A stretch of DNA of 64,000 nucleotides from an uncultured Actinomycetota bacterium (GCA_963733635.1 CAVTEH010000008.1:65746-129745), one strand, 5' to 3'; counted from the stretch's first letter, positions 8,859 to 18,948 are shown. Made by a program: numbers and translations. Notes: generated by a model from the sequence alone, not told the origin.

Positions 8859-10604
8859 TCAACGAGCCGCGTCATCCCCGAGCCAGCCGACCACGCTGAG
8901 GGAGGGAACGTCGGTCCAGAAACGTGTTGCTCCTCGCTCCGGTCCCACCCGCCCGATCGATATCCGGTTGGTGCCTGCCCCGAAATCCTCGCCCGTGACC
9001 CGCACGATGTCGGTGGGCGTGTCGCCGGGGTCGTTGTAGAGACGAAGCTCTGCCGTTCCTGCGGCATGATCGATCGTCCACTCGATCCGCGCCCAGCCTT
9101 CGAGCTCGATCCGCTCATCGAGCCAGCCGACGCGTTCCCTTGATCCGTTCACCATCCCGAGCCTGCCGTTGCTCGCCAGGACGATCGCGAAGATCGTGTC
9201 CGATCCATCCTTGCCCCGGATCAATCGGAGCGTTCCCACCTTCGGCGGGTCGTTGAATCGGATGTACACCCTGCCCCAATAGGTGCTCTCCCACGCGAGC
9301 GAGTCCTGCCATCCGTAGAAGGCGGATCCGCCCTTGCCGGACGTATGCAAGGCGGAGAACCCGGCCCCTGGTCCCGTCGCGTCCCGGCGATCGAACACGA
9401 TGGGCGATGAGCCGCTTTGGGTGATCGAATCGAACGCGGAGCCCCCGCCACTGCTGTTGTCGATCGACAACGGCCGACCGAGCTCGCCGACGTCCAAACT
9501 ATTCACGAGCACGGTCGCGCTGCCCGCCGGCGCCGGCGCCGGGGGTGTTTGTGTCGGAGAGGGCGGCACGGTCGGTGTTGGTGTCGGTGTGGGCGGCGGC
9601 ACGGCCGCATCCTGCCGCAGATGTTGATCAGCGGAGATGGACGCGTACGCAGCCATCGTCCGTGAGGAGCTGTCCGTGTCCCACGGATACTCCTTGGTCG
9701 AATCGAAATAGATCAGCGCTTTGAGGAGGGGCCAGGTCTTGACCGTGTCGAGCATGTCCTTGAGCCATGCACCCTTCCGAGATGGGTCACCCGGGTCCTC
9801 CTGCGCGCCGTACTCCACGACCATCCACGGTTTGTCGTGCTGAGCCGCGAAACCGTTGGCGTCGCTGAACACGTCGTTGAACCGGGTCCATCTCGCTCCA
9901 GGGCGGAGTGGAGCCCAGTTGTAGCCGTCGGCACCGATGAAGTCGACATAGTCATCGCCGGGATACCAGTCGGGGATGTTCTCGCCGGAACGCACGTCGA
10001 ACGACCAGGCCATCATGGTCCAGACGAACGCGACGTTGGTCACGCCACGGGCGCGGAAGATGTCGACCACATGCCGGAACGCTCGAACGAAATCGCCCTT
10101 CGAGCCGAAGCTGCCGTCGTTCTCGGGTTCGTGATGCATGGAGAGGTAGACCGGAGAGCCGAAGGTCTTGAAGGCATCGGCCCGCGAAGCGATCCACTGA
10201 TCGTGTGAGCCTTCACCGACCGATCTCCACGGGCTTGGCATCTTCCAATTGATGAACGGGATCCGTCCCTGCCCGACCGTCCACGTTTCGTGAGCTGTCG
10301 GGATCGACGTGTTCCATTGGTAGTACTGGTGGTCGATGGCGAACCGCCGGCCGATCTGCTGTTCCACACGCCGGATCGAGTCCCTGGTCGTTTCTCCGCC
10401 CCTGGGCTTCACCCAGGTACCGAGGAACGCCCCGTTCTTCGGAAACAAGGCCGCGGGCGGGGCCGACGCGGCTGCCTCGGCTCCACTGCGGGGCAGGAGT
10501 CCGGCAAACAGGAGGCCCACCAGGGTCAGCACCAGGATGGTCGTCGGTGTTCGGTGCTTTCGCGCGTGCGTCGCCCACGCGGTGCCAGCCTCATGGATGG
10601 TCAT
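8859..10604 (-). CDS. Secreted clan GH-A glycoside hydrolase (GH26-like) with Pro/Thr linker and C-terminal lectin/ConA-like domain
   Basis: It has a signal peptide (TILVLTLVGLLFAGLL..AEA). The catalytic-type motifs are YLSMHHEPEND (acid/base) and PWMVVEYGAQ (nucleophile), plus GADGYNW. A linker PPPTPTPTPTVPPSPTQTPPAPAP is followed by a beta-rich domain of about 230 aa. Confidence 0.65.
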   Translation of the reverse strand: MTIHEAGTAWATHARKHRTPTTILVLTLVGLLFAGLLPRSGAEAAASAPPAALFPKNGAFLGTWVKPRGGETTRDSIRRVEQQIGRRFAIDHQYYQWNTSIPTAHETWTVGQGRIPFINWKMPSPWRSVGEGSHDQWIASRADAFKTFGSPVYLSMHHEPENDGSFGSKGDFVRAFRHVVDIFRARGVTNVAFVWTMMAWSFDVRSGENIPDWYPGDDYVDFIGADGYNWAPLRPGARWTRFNDVFSDANGFAAQHDKPWMVVEYGAQEDPGDPSRKGAWLKDMLDTVKTWPLLKALIYFDSTKEYPWDTDSSSRTMAAYASISADQHLRQDAAVPPPTPTPTPTVPPSPTQTPPAPAPAGSATVLVNSLDVGELGRPLSIDNSSGGGSAFDSITQSGSSPIVFDRRDATGPGAGFSALHTSGKGGSAFYGWQDSLAWESTYWGRVYIRFNDPPKVGTLRLIRGKDGSDTIFAIVLASNGRLGMVNGSRERVGWLDERIELEGWARIEWTIDHAAGTAELRLYNDPGDTPTDIVRVTGEDFGAGTNRISIGRVGPERGATRFWTDVPSLSVVGWLGDDAAR

Positions 10605-10735
10605 CCATCGCCTCTCTGATCGTGCTCGTCTCGCGACGGGCTACGCCGTGGCGAGGATCGCTCTGGAGACCTATCGGCCTCGCCGTGCTGAAGCCTTGAG
10701 CCCGTTCTCTGGGCGCAGGATGGGGGGTCGGTCGG

Positions 10736-11758
10736 TTATCTGCGGAAGTAGCGAGAAGCAGCCAGGTCGTGGAAGGCGCGGGTCGCCAAGCGGGAACTAT
10801 CCACCGCCCAATAGAAGCTCGTCTTGATGGAATCGAAATACAGCACAGCGGCTAGCTCTTTCCACTGCCTCGCCGCTACAAGGGTCTGCCGGATCCACGC
10901 TGCCTTCCGGGTGGGGGTGCTCGGATCTTCGATGGCGCCGAACTCGGCGACGATCCACGGCTTGTGATGACGCAGCGCGAACTTTCGCGTGCCCTGGAAG
11001 ATGGAGCCGAACTGCCGCCATTCCTCGCCGGATCTGGCCCCGTACCAGTTGTAACCATCGCTCGCGACGAAATCGACGTACCTGTCACCTGGGTAGTACA
11101 TGCCTGCGACCGAGTTGTTCGAATCGAAGCTCCAAGCCATCATCGTCCACACGAACGCGACGTTCCTGACCCCCTGTTGGCGGAAGACCGTGACGATCCG
11201 ACGGAATGCGGCGGCGAAGTCGTACGGGGTGCCGAACTGCGGCACGTTGTTCTCGGGCTCGTGTTGGAACGTGAGGTAGATGGGATGTCCGAAGCGTTTG
11301 AAGTCATGCGCTCGATGCGCGATCAGACGGTCCTGTGATCCATTGGCGATCTCGCCCCACGGGACGAACGAGCCACCTTTCTTCAGGGCCGTCCAATTGA
11401 GGAAGGGGATACGGCCGTGCTGATGATCCCAGTGCTGCAGCTGCGACGGGAACACCGAGTCCCACTTGTAGTACTGGTGGTGGATCTTGGTCTTCCTGCC
11501 GATCGTTCGCTCGAACCTGAGGTAGGCGGAGGTGTTCGATTCACCCCCCCGAGGGCCGGCGTGAGCGCCGATGTAGGCGCCGCGGTGGGGGTTGAGACGG
11601 GCGGGATAAGCGAGCGCGGTGCCGGCGGTCAGGGCAGAGATCAAGGCCCCGAGCACCAAGATGAGGAAGGGGCGCCTCCTCGCGAGTGGGGGTTGCTGCG
11701 CGGTGGGTGCATGGTGCTGGTACAGCTTGGTCATCTGATCGAGTGAACGATCGAGCAT
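10736..11758 (-). CDS. Secreted GH26-like glycoside hydrolase (catalytic-domain-only paralog)
   Basis: It has a signal-like N-terminus (PFLILVLGALISALTAGTALA). YLTFQHEPENN, WIVAEFGAIE and ASDGYNWY are colinear with 8859..10604. Confidence 0.65.
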   Translation of the reverse strand: MLDRSLDQMTKLYQHHAPTAQQPPLARRRPFLILVLGALISALTAGTALAYPARLNPHRGAYIGAHAGPRGGESNTSAYLRFERTIGRKTKIHHQYYKWDSVFPSQLQHWDHQHGRIPFLNWTALKKGGSFVPWGEIANGSQDRLIAHRAHDFKRFGHPIYLTFQHEPENNVPQFGTPYDFAAAFRRIVTVFRQQGVRNVAFVWTMMAWSFDSNNSVAGMYYPGDRYVDFVASDGYNWYGARSGEEWRQFGSIFQGTRKFALRHHKPWIVAEFGAIEDPSTPTRKAAWIRQTLVAARQWKELAAVLYFDSIKTSFYWAVDSSRLATRAFHDLAASRYFRR

Positions 11759-12078
11759 TCATGCCTCCTCTGGGTGGAGGTCAACGCCACACGAGCGCTG
11801 ACACGCCTTCGGGAGTTGGATCGAAGCGCCTCACCGCCCTTCGGCAATCGTCGACAAGAACCTGGTCATTCCTTGAGGAGGATCTTGATCTGTCGAGGTG
11901 CGCCCGCCCCGAGATGTTGCGTTTCTGTCGCGACCGGGTGGCCCCAGAACGTAGCCGAGGCTCGACCGCCCCGCAACCAGCATCCGAGGCCTGCCGGATC
12001 CACCGCCGTCGGAGCCAGCAGAGAGCTGGGGGCCATCATCATTGGGCTGCACGGGGTGTGGGGCGGATCGCGATGCGT

Positions 12079-12861
12079 CTAGGGGGAGATCGGCCCAGTC
12101 GAAATATCAGCCATATGGCCTACATGGTTCAGAGAGCCGGGGGGTGCGTCTGTCGCCACTTCCGCCGGGACCACGTCGAGGAAGGGCCGGCGTTCGTCAT
12201 CAGGAGTGGGCAAGAAGGCCAGGTCGAACACGCCGGCAAGATGTCGTCGGATCGACGGCATGATCTGGGCGACCGTGACCCGCCGGCCGGTCAGGGCCGA
12301 CAAGGAGGTCACCCCGTTCCGAGGCAATCCGCACGCCACGATGCCGTCGAACCACGACAGATCGGTGTCACAGTTGATGGCGAACCCATGCAGCGTGACG
12401 CGGGTACGCATGAGCCGGACCCCGATCGCGCACACCTTGTCGTCGCCGCTGAACACACCGGTCTGCACGTCCTCCCGCCGGTGCAGCTCGACGCCCAGGT
12501 CGATCCCGGTTCGGATCACGGCTTCCTCGAGGAGCCGGAGGTAGCGAGCCGCATCCGGACGCACCCCCAGATGCAGGATCGGGTAGCCGACCAGCTGGCC
12601 GGGGCCATGGAACGTGAACGAGCCGCCGCGGTCGATGTGGTGGATCTCCGCTCCGTGGGCGGCGGCTTCATCGTCGTTCCACACCAGATGCTCGGGCCGG
12701 GCTCGCCGGCCCGCGGTGAACACCGGGGGGTGCTCGAGCAGGATCACGGTGTCGGGGATCTCATCGGCGAGGCGCCGTTCGGCGAGGCGGTGCATCGCCT
12801 CGTTGGCGGCCCCGTATGGGACCGGAACGCCGGGCTCGATCAACCAGGTGGGCCGGGGCAT
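12079..12861 (-). CDS. lipB: Octanoyltransferase (lipoyl(octanoyl) transferase)
   Basis: LLEHPPVFTAGRR, IDRGGSFTFHGPGQLVGYPIL, KVCAIGVRL and TLHGFAINC are classic LipB motifs. The gene lies 8 nt downstream of the E2 gene. Confidence 0.92.
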   Translation of the reverse strand: MPRPTWLIEPGVPVPYGAANEAMHRLAERRLADEIPDTVILLEHPPVFTAGRRARPEHLVWNDDEAAAHGAEIHHIDRGGSFTFHGPGQLVGYPILHLGVRPDAARYLRLLEEAVIRTGIDLGVELHRREDVQTGVFSGDDKVCAIGVRLMRTRVTLHGFAINCDTDLSWFDGIVACGLPRNGVTSLSALTGRRVTVAQIMPSIRRHLAGVFDLAFLPTPDDERRPFLDVVPAEVATDAPPGSLNHVGHMADISTGPISP

Positions 12862-12869
12862 CCGCGGGG

Positions 12870-14180
12870 CTAGACCCCCAGATCCTCGGCGAAGTCCCAG
12901 GTTTCCAGGTTCTGCCTCACGCGAGCCAGGAACCGTGTCGCCACCTCGCCGTCGATCACACGGTGGTCCCAGCTCATCGAGATGTAGACCATGGAACGGA
13001 TCGCGATGGCATCGTCCACCACTACCGGACGCTGCTGGATGGTGTCCAGCGACAAGATGCCGGCATTCGGCTGGTTGATGATCGGCACGCTGAGCAGGGA
13101 CCCGTAAGGACCTGGGTTGGTGATCGTGAACGTAGCCCCGGCGACCTCGCCGGGTTGGAGCTGGTGCGATCGAGCCCTGGCCGCGAGATCGGCGATCGCA
13201 CGAGCGATGCCCGGGACGTTCATGGCCTCGACCCCGTGGACCACCGGAACGATGAGCCCCTGGTCATAGCTCACAGCGATGCCCATGTTCACGTGCTTGC
13301 GAACGACGAGCTCTTCACCGCGCAGCTCGGCATTGACCATGGGGAACGCGAGCAGAGCATCGGACGTGGCCCGTGTCACCAGCGGCAGGTACGTGAGCTT
13401 GACCCCGTGCCGTTCCTGGAAGGCCGCCTTCACCTGCGCTCTGAGCTTCACCAGCCGGTCGACGTTGACCTCCACCATGGTCCACGCGCGCGCCGAGGTC
13501 GCCAGCGATGCCACCATGTGGTCGCCGATCGCCTTCCTGATGTGGGTGAGCGGAACGATCTGCTCGCCGTCGCCGGCGGCGGCCGGGGTTGCGGGCTGTG
13601 CGACCGCGGCGGGCGGGGTCGGTAGCGGCGCCGGCGCGGCCGCATGATCGGTCGAGGGCGAGGCGGTCGCGGGAGCGGTGGCGGTCCCTGCGCCTGCTGC
13701 GATGGCGGCCTGCACGTCCTGTTTGGTGATCCTGCCCCCCGTGCCGGTCCCCGCGATGGCGCTGAGGTCGAGATCGTGCTCCGCCGCGAGCTTGCGCACC
13801 AATGGTGAGAGGACCTGGGAACGAGGGCCCGCCTTGGCCGGTTGCTCGACGGCCGACTGCGGCTCCGCGGCGGCCGCTGCCGGTTCGGCGGCAGCCACGT
13901 CTGACACGGCTCCGTCGGCTTTGGCTCCGTCGACTTTGGCTCCGCCGACTGAGTCGATCTCGGCGAGCTCGGTTCCGACCGCCACGGTCTGACCCTCTTC
14001 CACCAAGATCTTCGTGATGGTGCCGGCCACCGGTGAGGGAACCTCGGTGTCCACCTTGTCGGTGGAGATCTCGAACAGCGGCTCGTCTCGCTCGATCGCG
14101 TCGCCTTCGCGCTTGAGCCACTTCAAGATCGTGCCTTCGATGATCGTCTCGCCGAGCTGAGGCATCTGGATCGACGTCAC
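12870..14180 (-). CDS. 2-oxoacid dehydrogenase E2 component (dihydrolipoamide acyltransferase)
   Basis: It has a lipoyl domain (EISTDKVDTEVPSPVAG), an Ala/Pro linker, a PSBD (SPLVRKLAAEHDLDLS) and a catalytic MSWDHRVIDG motif. I place the start at GTG 14180, 7 nt after AGGAGGA. The track ORF extends spuriously to 14279. Confidence 0.9.
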   Translation of the reverse strand: MTSIQMPQLGETIIEGTILKWLKREGDAIERDEPLFEISTDKVDTEVPSPVAGTITKILVEEGQTVAVGTELAEIDSVGGAKVDGAKADGAVSDVAAAEPAAAAAEPQSAVEQPAKAGPRSQVLSPLVRKLAAEHDLDLSAIAGTGTGGRITKQDVQAAIAAGAGTATAPATASPSTDHAAAPAPLPTPPAAVAQPATPAAAGDGEQIVPLTHIRKAIGDHMVASLATSARAWTMVEVNVDRLVKLRAQVKAAFQERHGVKLTYLPLVTRATSDALLAFPMVNAELRGEELVVRKHVNMGIAVSYDQGLIVPVVHGVEAMNVPGIARAIADLAARARSHQLQPGEVAGATFTITNPGPYGSLLSVPIINQPNAGILSLDTIQQRPVVVDDAIAIRSMVYISMSWDHRVIDGEVATRFLARVRQNLETWDFAEDLGV

Positions 14181-14217
14181 AGGTCCATCCTCCTGGGATC
14201 GGGTCCGACGGTGCGGG

Positions 14218-15279
14218 TCACCATGCCGAGAGCCGTTCCACCGCGGCCTCGATGTCGGAGATCTGCGGCAGGTATGCATCTTCCAGTGGAGGGGAGAACG
14301 GGACAGGTGTGCTGGGCGGGGCCAGACGCATCACCGGCGCGTCGAGGTGCTGGAAGGCCTTCTCGGCGATCACTGCCGCCACTTCGGCGCCCACCCCCAG
14401 GAACCGCTGGCTCTCGTACAACACGAGCGCCCGTGAGGTCTTGGCGATGCTCTCCAACACCGTCGTCTCGTCGAGCGGCACGATGGAGCGCAGGTCGACG
14501 ACCTCCGTCGAGACGCCGCGTCCCTCCAGAGCCTCCGCGGCCTCCAGGGCCTTGTGCACCATGGCGCCGTAAGTGATGACGCTGACGTCGGCCCCCTGGC
14601 GCCTCACGGCGGCCTCGCCCAGCGGTACCAGGAAGTCGGGATCCGTGGGGACCTGTTCCTTGATGCGCCGGTAGATCCATTTGTGCTCCAGGTAGATCAC
14701 CGGGTTGTCGTCGCGCACCGCGGACTTGAGCAGGCCTTTCGCGTCGGTCGGGAACGCCGGACAGACCACCTTCAGGCCCGGCGTCTGCGCGAACCAGGGC
14801 TCCGGATTGGTCGAGTGGAAGTTGGACGCGCGCACGCCACCACCGCTCGGGGCGCGAAGCACCACCGGCAACCGCACGCCGGTCCGATAGTGGTAGCGCG
14901 CCAGCGTGGTGGTGATCTCATCGAAGCCGCTCGTCATGAAGTCGGCGTACTGGAACTCCGCCACCGGCCGCAGGCCTTCCATCGCGGCTCCCACCGCCAC
15001 GCCGACGATCGTCTCCTCGGCGATCGGCGTGTCCATCACCCGGTCGGTCCCGAACCGTTCCACGAAGCCCTCGGTCACCTTGAAGGCGCCGCCGTAGACG
15101 CCGATGTCCTCGCCCAGCATGAACACCCGCTCCTCGCGCTCCATCTCTTCCCAGAGCGCCTCGGCGATCGCGATCAGGTAGGTGGCTTGGCCGTCGTCCG
15201 TGCGCTTGCCGCGCGGTTCGGCGCCGTGTCCAGCCGCACCCGCGTCGACCTTGGTGGCTTGCCCGCCCGCGCGGCTCAT
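14218..15279 (-). CDS. 2-oxoacid dehydrogenase E1 component beta subunit
   Basis: MLGEDIGVYGGAFKVTEGFVERFG..RVMDTPIAEE is a transketolase-like pyrimidine-binding domain. ATG 15279 overlaps the E1-alpha stop (ATGA). Confidence 0.9.
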   Translation of the reverse strand: MSRAGGQATKVDAGAAGHGAEPRGKRTDDGQATYLIAIAEALWEEMEREERVFMLGEDIGVYGGAFKVTEGFVERFGTDRVMDTPIAEETIVGVAVGAAMEGLRPVAEFQYADFMTSGFDEITTTLARYHYRTGVRLPVVLRAPSGGGVRASNFHSTNPEPWFAQTPGLKVVCPAFPTDAKGLLKSAVRDDNPVIYLEHKWIYRRIKEQVPTDPDFLVPLGEAAVRRQGADVSVITYGAMVHKALEAAEALEGRGVSTEVVDLRSIVPLDETTVLESIAKTSRALVLYESQRFLGVGAEVAAVIAEKAFQHLDAPVMRLAPPSTPVPFSPPLEDAYLPQISDIEAAVERLSAW

Positions 15280-16340
15280 CAGCCCTCCGTCCCGCCGCCG
15301 CGTCCGGGTTCTGCGTCCCAGTACCCGTCCTCGGCCCACACGCCCTTGGTGACGTCCCCCGGCTCGGGGAACGGTGATGCTTGCGCGAACTCGTACGCAG
15401 CGTCGAACTCCTGCTCGACGCGCTGGACGATGGCTTCGAGGTCATCCTCGGTGACGACGCCCTGGGCCAACATCCACTCCTCGAAGTTCTTCACCGGATC
15501 CTTCTCGGCCATGTGTCGCTCGAGCAGCTCGTCCGGCATGTACTTCGCGGGATCGTGACCGGCGTGGCCGCGCCATCGCAGCGACACCGATTCGATCAGC
15601 GTGGGCCCGTCGCCGTTGCGGGCCCGCCCCACGGCCTCGGCCGCGGCTCCGTAGACCTCCAGGACATCGCCACCGTCGACACGCACTCCAGGCATCCCGT
15701 ATGCCTGGGCGCGTTCGGCGATCGTGGGGACCTTGAATTCCAGCGTGTTCGGCGTGGAGTACGCGTACTGGTTGTTGTTGACGACCCAGACCACGGGTAG
15801 CTGGTGAACGGCCGACCAGTTGAGGGCCTCGTGCCATCGGCCGTTCGAGGTGGAACCGTCGCCACAGATGGCGAGCGCGACCCGCCGGTCTCCGGCCTTC
15901 TTGTATGCCGTGGCGGCCCCGCACGCGACGGGGTAGGCGATGGGGAGGTGGGAGATCACGGCGAACGTCCGGTTGCCGTCCCAATCGCCGATGTGACTGT
16001 TGCCGTCGCGGCCCCTCAGGTAGCCGTCGATCCGCCCCCAGAATTGCGCCATGACCCGTTTCAGGTCCAGCCCTTTCGTGAGCTGGGCCGAGAGATCGCG
16101 ATGGGTCGGGAACAGCGAATCGGCCGGCTCCAGCGCGAAGGTCACCCCGACGTGTGTGCCCTCCTGACCACGTCCGGAGTAGATCGCCCCCGGCAGCCGC
16201 CCCTGCCGGTAGAGCGCCTCCATGCGCTCGTCGAAGTACCGGCACAGCTTGAGCATGTAGAGCATCGCCTTGAGCTGCTCGTCAGGCAGGGGGCGGCGCT
16301 CCTCGGTGGTCGTGGGCTCGACCTTGGTCGACACAGGCAC
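15279..16340 (-). CDS. 2-oxoacid dehydrogenase E1 component alpha subunit (TPP-dependent)
   Basis: It has the TPP motif ICGDGSTSNGRWHEALNWSAV..VVWVVNNNQYAYSTP. GTG 16340 is preceded by AAGGAG, which overlaps the lpdA stop. Confidence 0.9.
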   Translation of the reverse strand: MPVSTKVEPTTTEERRPLPDEQLKAMLYMLKLCRYFDERMEALYRQGRLPGAIYSGRGQEGTHVGVTFALEPADSLFPTHRDLSAQLTKGLDLKRVMAQFWGRIDGYLRGRDGNSHIGDWDGNRTFAVISHLPIAYPVACGAATAYKKAGDRRVALAICGDGSTSNGRWHEALNWSAVHQLPVVWVVNNNQYAYSTPNTLEFKVPTIAERAQAYGMPGVRVDGGDVLEVYGAAAEAVGRARNGDGPTLIESVSLRWRGHAGHDPAKYMPDELLERHMAEKDPVKNFEEWMLAQGVVTEDDLEAIVQRVEQEFDAAYEFAQASPFPEPGDVTKGVWAEDGYWDAEPGRGGGTEG

Positions 16341-16347
16341 AGGCTCC

Positions 16348-17757
16348 TTAGGCGGAATGCAGGGGCTTGCCGGCGAGTGCGAGCATCGCCTCGCCGAGGC
16401 CTTCGGACAACGACGGGTGCGGGTGATGCAGGTGGGCCACGTCGCCGACGGTCGCCTCCCAGTTGGTGATGAGCATGCCTTCGGCGATGAGGTCGGTGAC
16501 GTGCGGACCGATCATGTGGATGCCCAGGACCGTGCCCGCGGCGCCGCCTAACGGGTCGGCCTCGGCGACGACCTTGACGAAGCCACCCTCGCCGACGATA
16601 TTTGCCTTGCCGATCCCTCGGAGGTCCAGCTTCTCGGTGAGGACCTCGAGACCTCGTTCGCGTGCCTGCGCCTCGGTGAGACCCACGCTCGCGATCTCGG
16701 GTGTGCAGTAGGTGACGCGCGGGATGTTCACATAGTCGACGTCGGCGACGTCGAGGCCCGCGATGCGCTCGGCGACCGCATAGCCCTCATCGAACGACAC
16801 GTGGGCGAGCTGCAGGGGTGTCGCGGCGACGTCACCCACCGCCCAGACGCCGTCCATGCTGGTGCGGAGCTGGCCGTCCACCTGGACGAACCCTCGCTCG
16901 TGGATGGAGACGCCCGCCTCACCCAACCCCAGGCTGCTGGTGACGGGCCCGCGACCGATCGCCACCAAGCAGATCTCTGCCGATACGGTGGTGGGCTCAC
17001 CGCCCGCCGTGAACGTGACCTCCACCCCTGAGCCCGTGTCGGCGACACCTTCGACGGAAGCGCCGGACGCCGTCGTGATGCCACGTTTGCGGAACGCACG
17101 GGCGATCTCCTTGGAGATCTCCTCGTCCTCCAGCGGCGCGAGCGCCGGGAGCGCTTCCAGGAGTGTGACCTCGGCGCCGAACGATCGGTAGAGCGACGCG
17201 AACTCCAGCCCCACGGCGCCGGCCCCGATCACCACCGCGGACGTGGGGATGCGGTCGTACCAGAGCGCCTGGTCGCTGGTGATGACGTGCTCACTGATCT
17301 CGACTCCCGGCAGGAGCCTTGGGGCCGAGCCCGTCGCGATCACCACATCGGCGGCCTCCACGCGACGGGTTTCGCCGCCGGTTTCGACCACGACTGCGGG
17401 CCCGGTGACCAGCGTTGCCTGGCCCTTGATCACCTCGACCCCACGCATCTCGATCAACCCGGTGACTCCCTTGACGAGCTTGTCGACGATGCGTTCTTCG
17501 AAAGCGAGCACCTTCTCCCAATCGGGCTTGCCCGACGCGTCGATGCCCCATTCGCCGGCCCGGTTCACCGAGTCGAGCACGGCGGCCGACTGCAGGAGCG
17601 CCTTGGTGGGGATGCATCCGCGCAGCAGGCATGTGCCGCCGATGCGATCGTCGCGCTCGATCATGGCCACGCGTTGGCCGAGCTGGGCCGATCGCAGGGC
17701 GGTGGAATAGCCACCGGTCCCGGCTCCGATCACGACGACGTCGTAGGCATCAGCCAT
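16348..17757 (-). CDS. lpdA: Dihydrolipoyl dehydrogenase (E3)
   Basis: YDVVVIGAGTGGY (FAD site), the redox-active disulfide GGTCLLRGCIPTKAL, and a C-terminal HPSLSE dimerisation motif. The start is ATG 17757 (MADAYDVVV). The track ORF runs spuriously upstream to 18063. Confidence 0.92.
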   Translation of the reverse strand: MADAYDVVVIGAGTGGYSTALRSAQLGQRVAMIERDDRIGGTCLLRGCIPTKALLQSAAVLDSVNRAGEWGIDASGKPDWEKVLAFEERIVDKLVKGVTGLIEMRGVEVIKGQATLVTGPAVVVETGGETRRVEAADVVIATGSAPRLLPGVEISEHVITSDQALWYDRIPTSAVVIGAGAVGLEFASLYRSFGAEVTLLEALPALAPLEDEEISKEIARAFRKRGITTASGASVEGVADTGSGVEVTFTAGGEPTTVSAEICLVAIGRGPVTSSLGLGEAGVSIHERGFVQVDGQLRTSMDGVWAVGDVAATPLQLAHVSFDEGYAVAERIAGLDVADVDYVNIPRVTYCTPEIASVGLTEAQARERGLEVLTEKLDLRGIGKANIVGEGGFVKVVAEADPLGGAAGTVLGIHMIGPHVTDLIAEGMLITNWEATVGDVAHLHHPHPSLSEGLGEAMLALAGKPLHSA

Positions 17758-17823
17758 CCGATCAGGAAGTCTACCCGGGTCCCCCAGATGCCCATGCTCG
17801 TTCGAGTGCGTACGATGCCGCCG

Positions 17824-18943
17824 ATGGACGAGACCGCCCAAGAACAGGACCTGAAGCACACTCCGCTCGCAGGCCGAGCACCAGGCGTTGGGCGCGAAGA
17901 TAGGCCCGTTCGCCGGGTGGGACATGCCGATCGAGTACGAGGGCGCGCTGGCCGAACACCGGGCGGTGCGTGAACGGGTCGGCCTGTTCGACCTGACACA
18001 CCTGGGCAAGGTCGAGGTCAGTGGCGCCGGTGCGTTGGCCATGCTGCAGTCCGTCGTGACCAACGACCTGAGCGCAGCCGCCGTCGGTGAGGCGCTCTAC
18101 AACCTGGTCCTCAACGAGGGCGGCGGCGTGATCGAGGATCTCATCGTCTATCGCCTGGATGAGTCGCGGTTCTTCGTCGTGCCGAACGCCGCCAACGCCC
18201 AGCGCGTCCTGCAGATCCTGGAGGAGACGCCGGCGCCGGATCGTCTCCACCTCATGTACCACCAGGACTGGTGCTTCCTGGCGGTGCAAGGTCCCGAAGC
18301 GGTGCATGTGATGCGACGGGTGTTCCCCGCCTCGGGCGATCTCGCGTTCATGCAGTGTGCCGAAACCGAGTTCAAGAGGCGGCCGGTCATCGTGACCCGG
18401 TCGGGCTACACGGGCGAGGTGGGATTCGAGCTCTTCACCTACCAGGACATCGCACGAGAGCTGTGGACCGAGCTGATGGAAGCGATGGAACCCTACGGTG
18501 GCCTGCCCTGCGGTCTGGCGGCGCGCGACGTGCTTCGCTTGGAGATGGGATACCCCCTCTACGGCCAGGACCTGTTCGAGTCCGTGACGGCACTGGAGGC
18601 GGGCTTGGGATGGGCCGTCAGCTTCGACAAGGGCGACTTCCGGGGGCGTGACGCGCTGGAGCGCCAGCGAAGCGAGGGCTTGCCCAGCCGGCTGCGCGGG
18701 TTGCGGATGCAAGAGCGCCGGAACATCCCGAGGGCGCATCAGCCGGTCTTCGTGGGCGACCAGCTGGTCGGTGAGGTCACGTCGGGAACGTTCTCACCAT
18801 TGCTGGGGACCGGGATCGGGCTGGCGTATCTGTGGCCTGCGGGCGTCGTCGATCTCGGTGATGCGGTCGAGGTGGACATCCGCGGTCGCCGTGCCGAAGC
18901 CGAGGTGGTGCGTCCGCCCTTCGTCGACCGCGATCCGCGCTGA
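17824..18943 (+). CDS. gcvT: Glycine cleavage system T protein (aminomethyltransferase); N-terminal frame break
   Basis: FAGWDMPIEYEGALAEHRAVRERVGLFDL..., GYTGEVGFEL. The expected N-terminus MDETAQEQDLKHTPLA is in the neighbouring frame (ATG 17824 or 17815). A one-base shift near 17866-17870 joins it to AEHQALGAKIGPF. Confidence 0.85.
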
Positions 18944-18948
18944 GCGTC

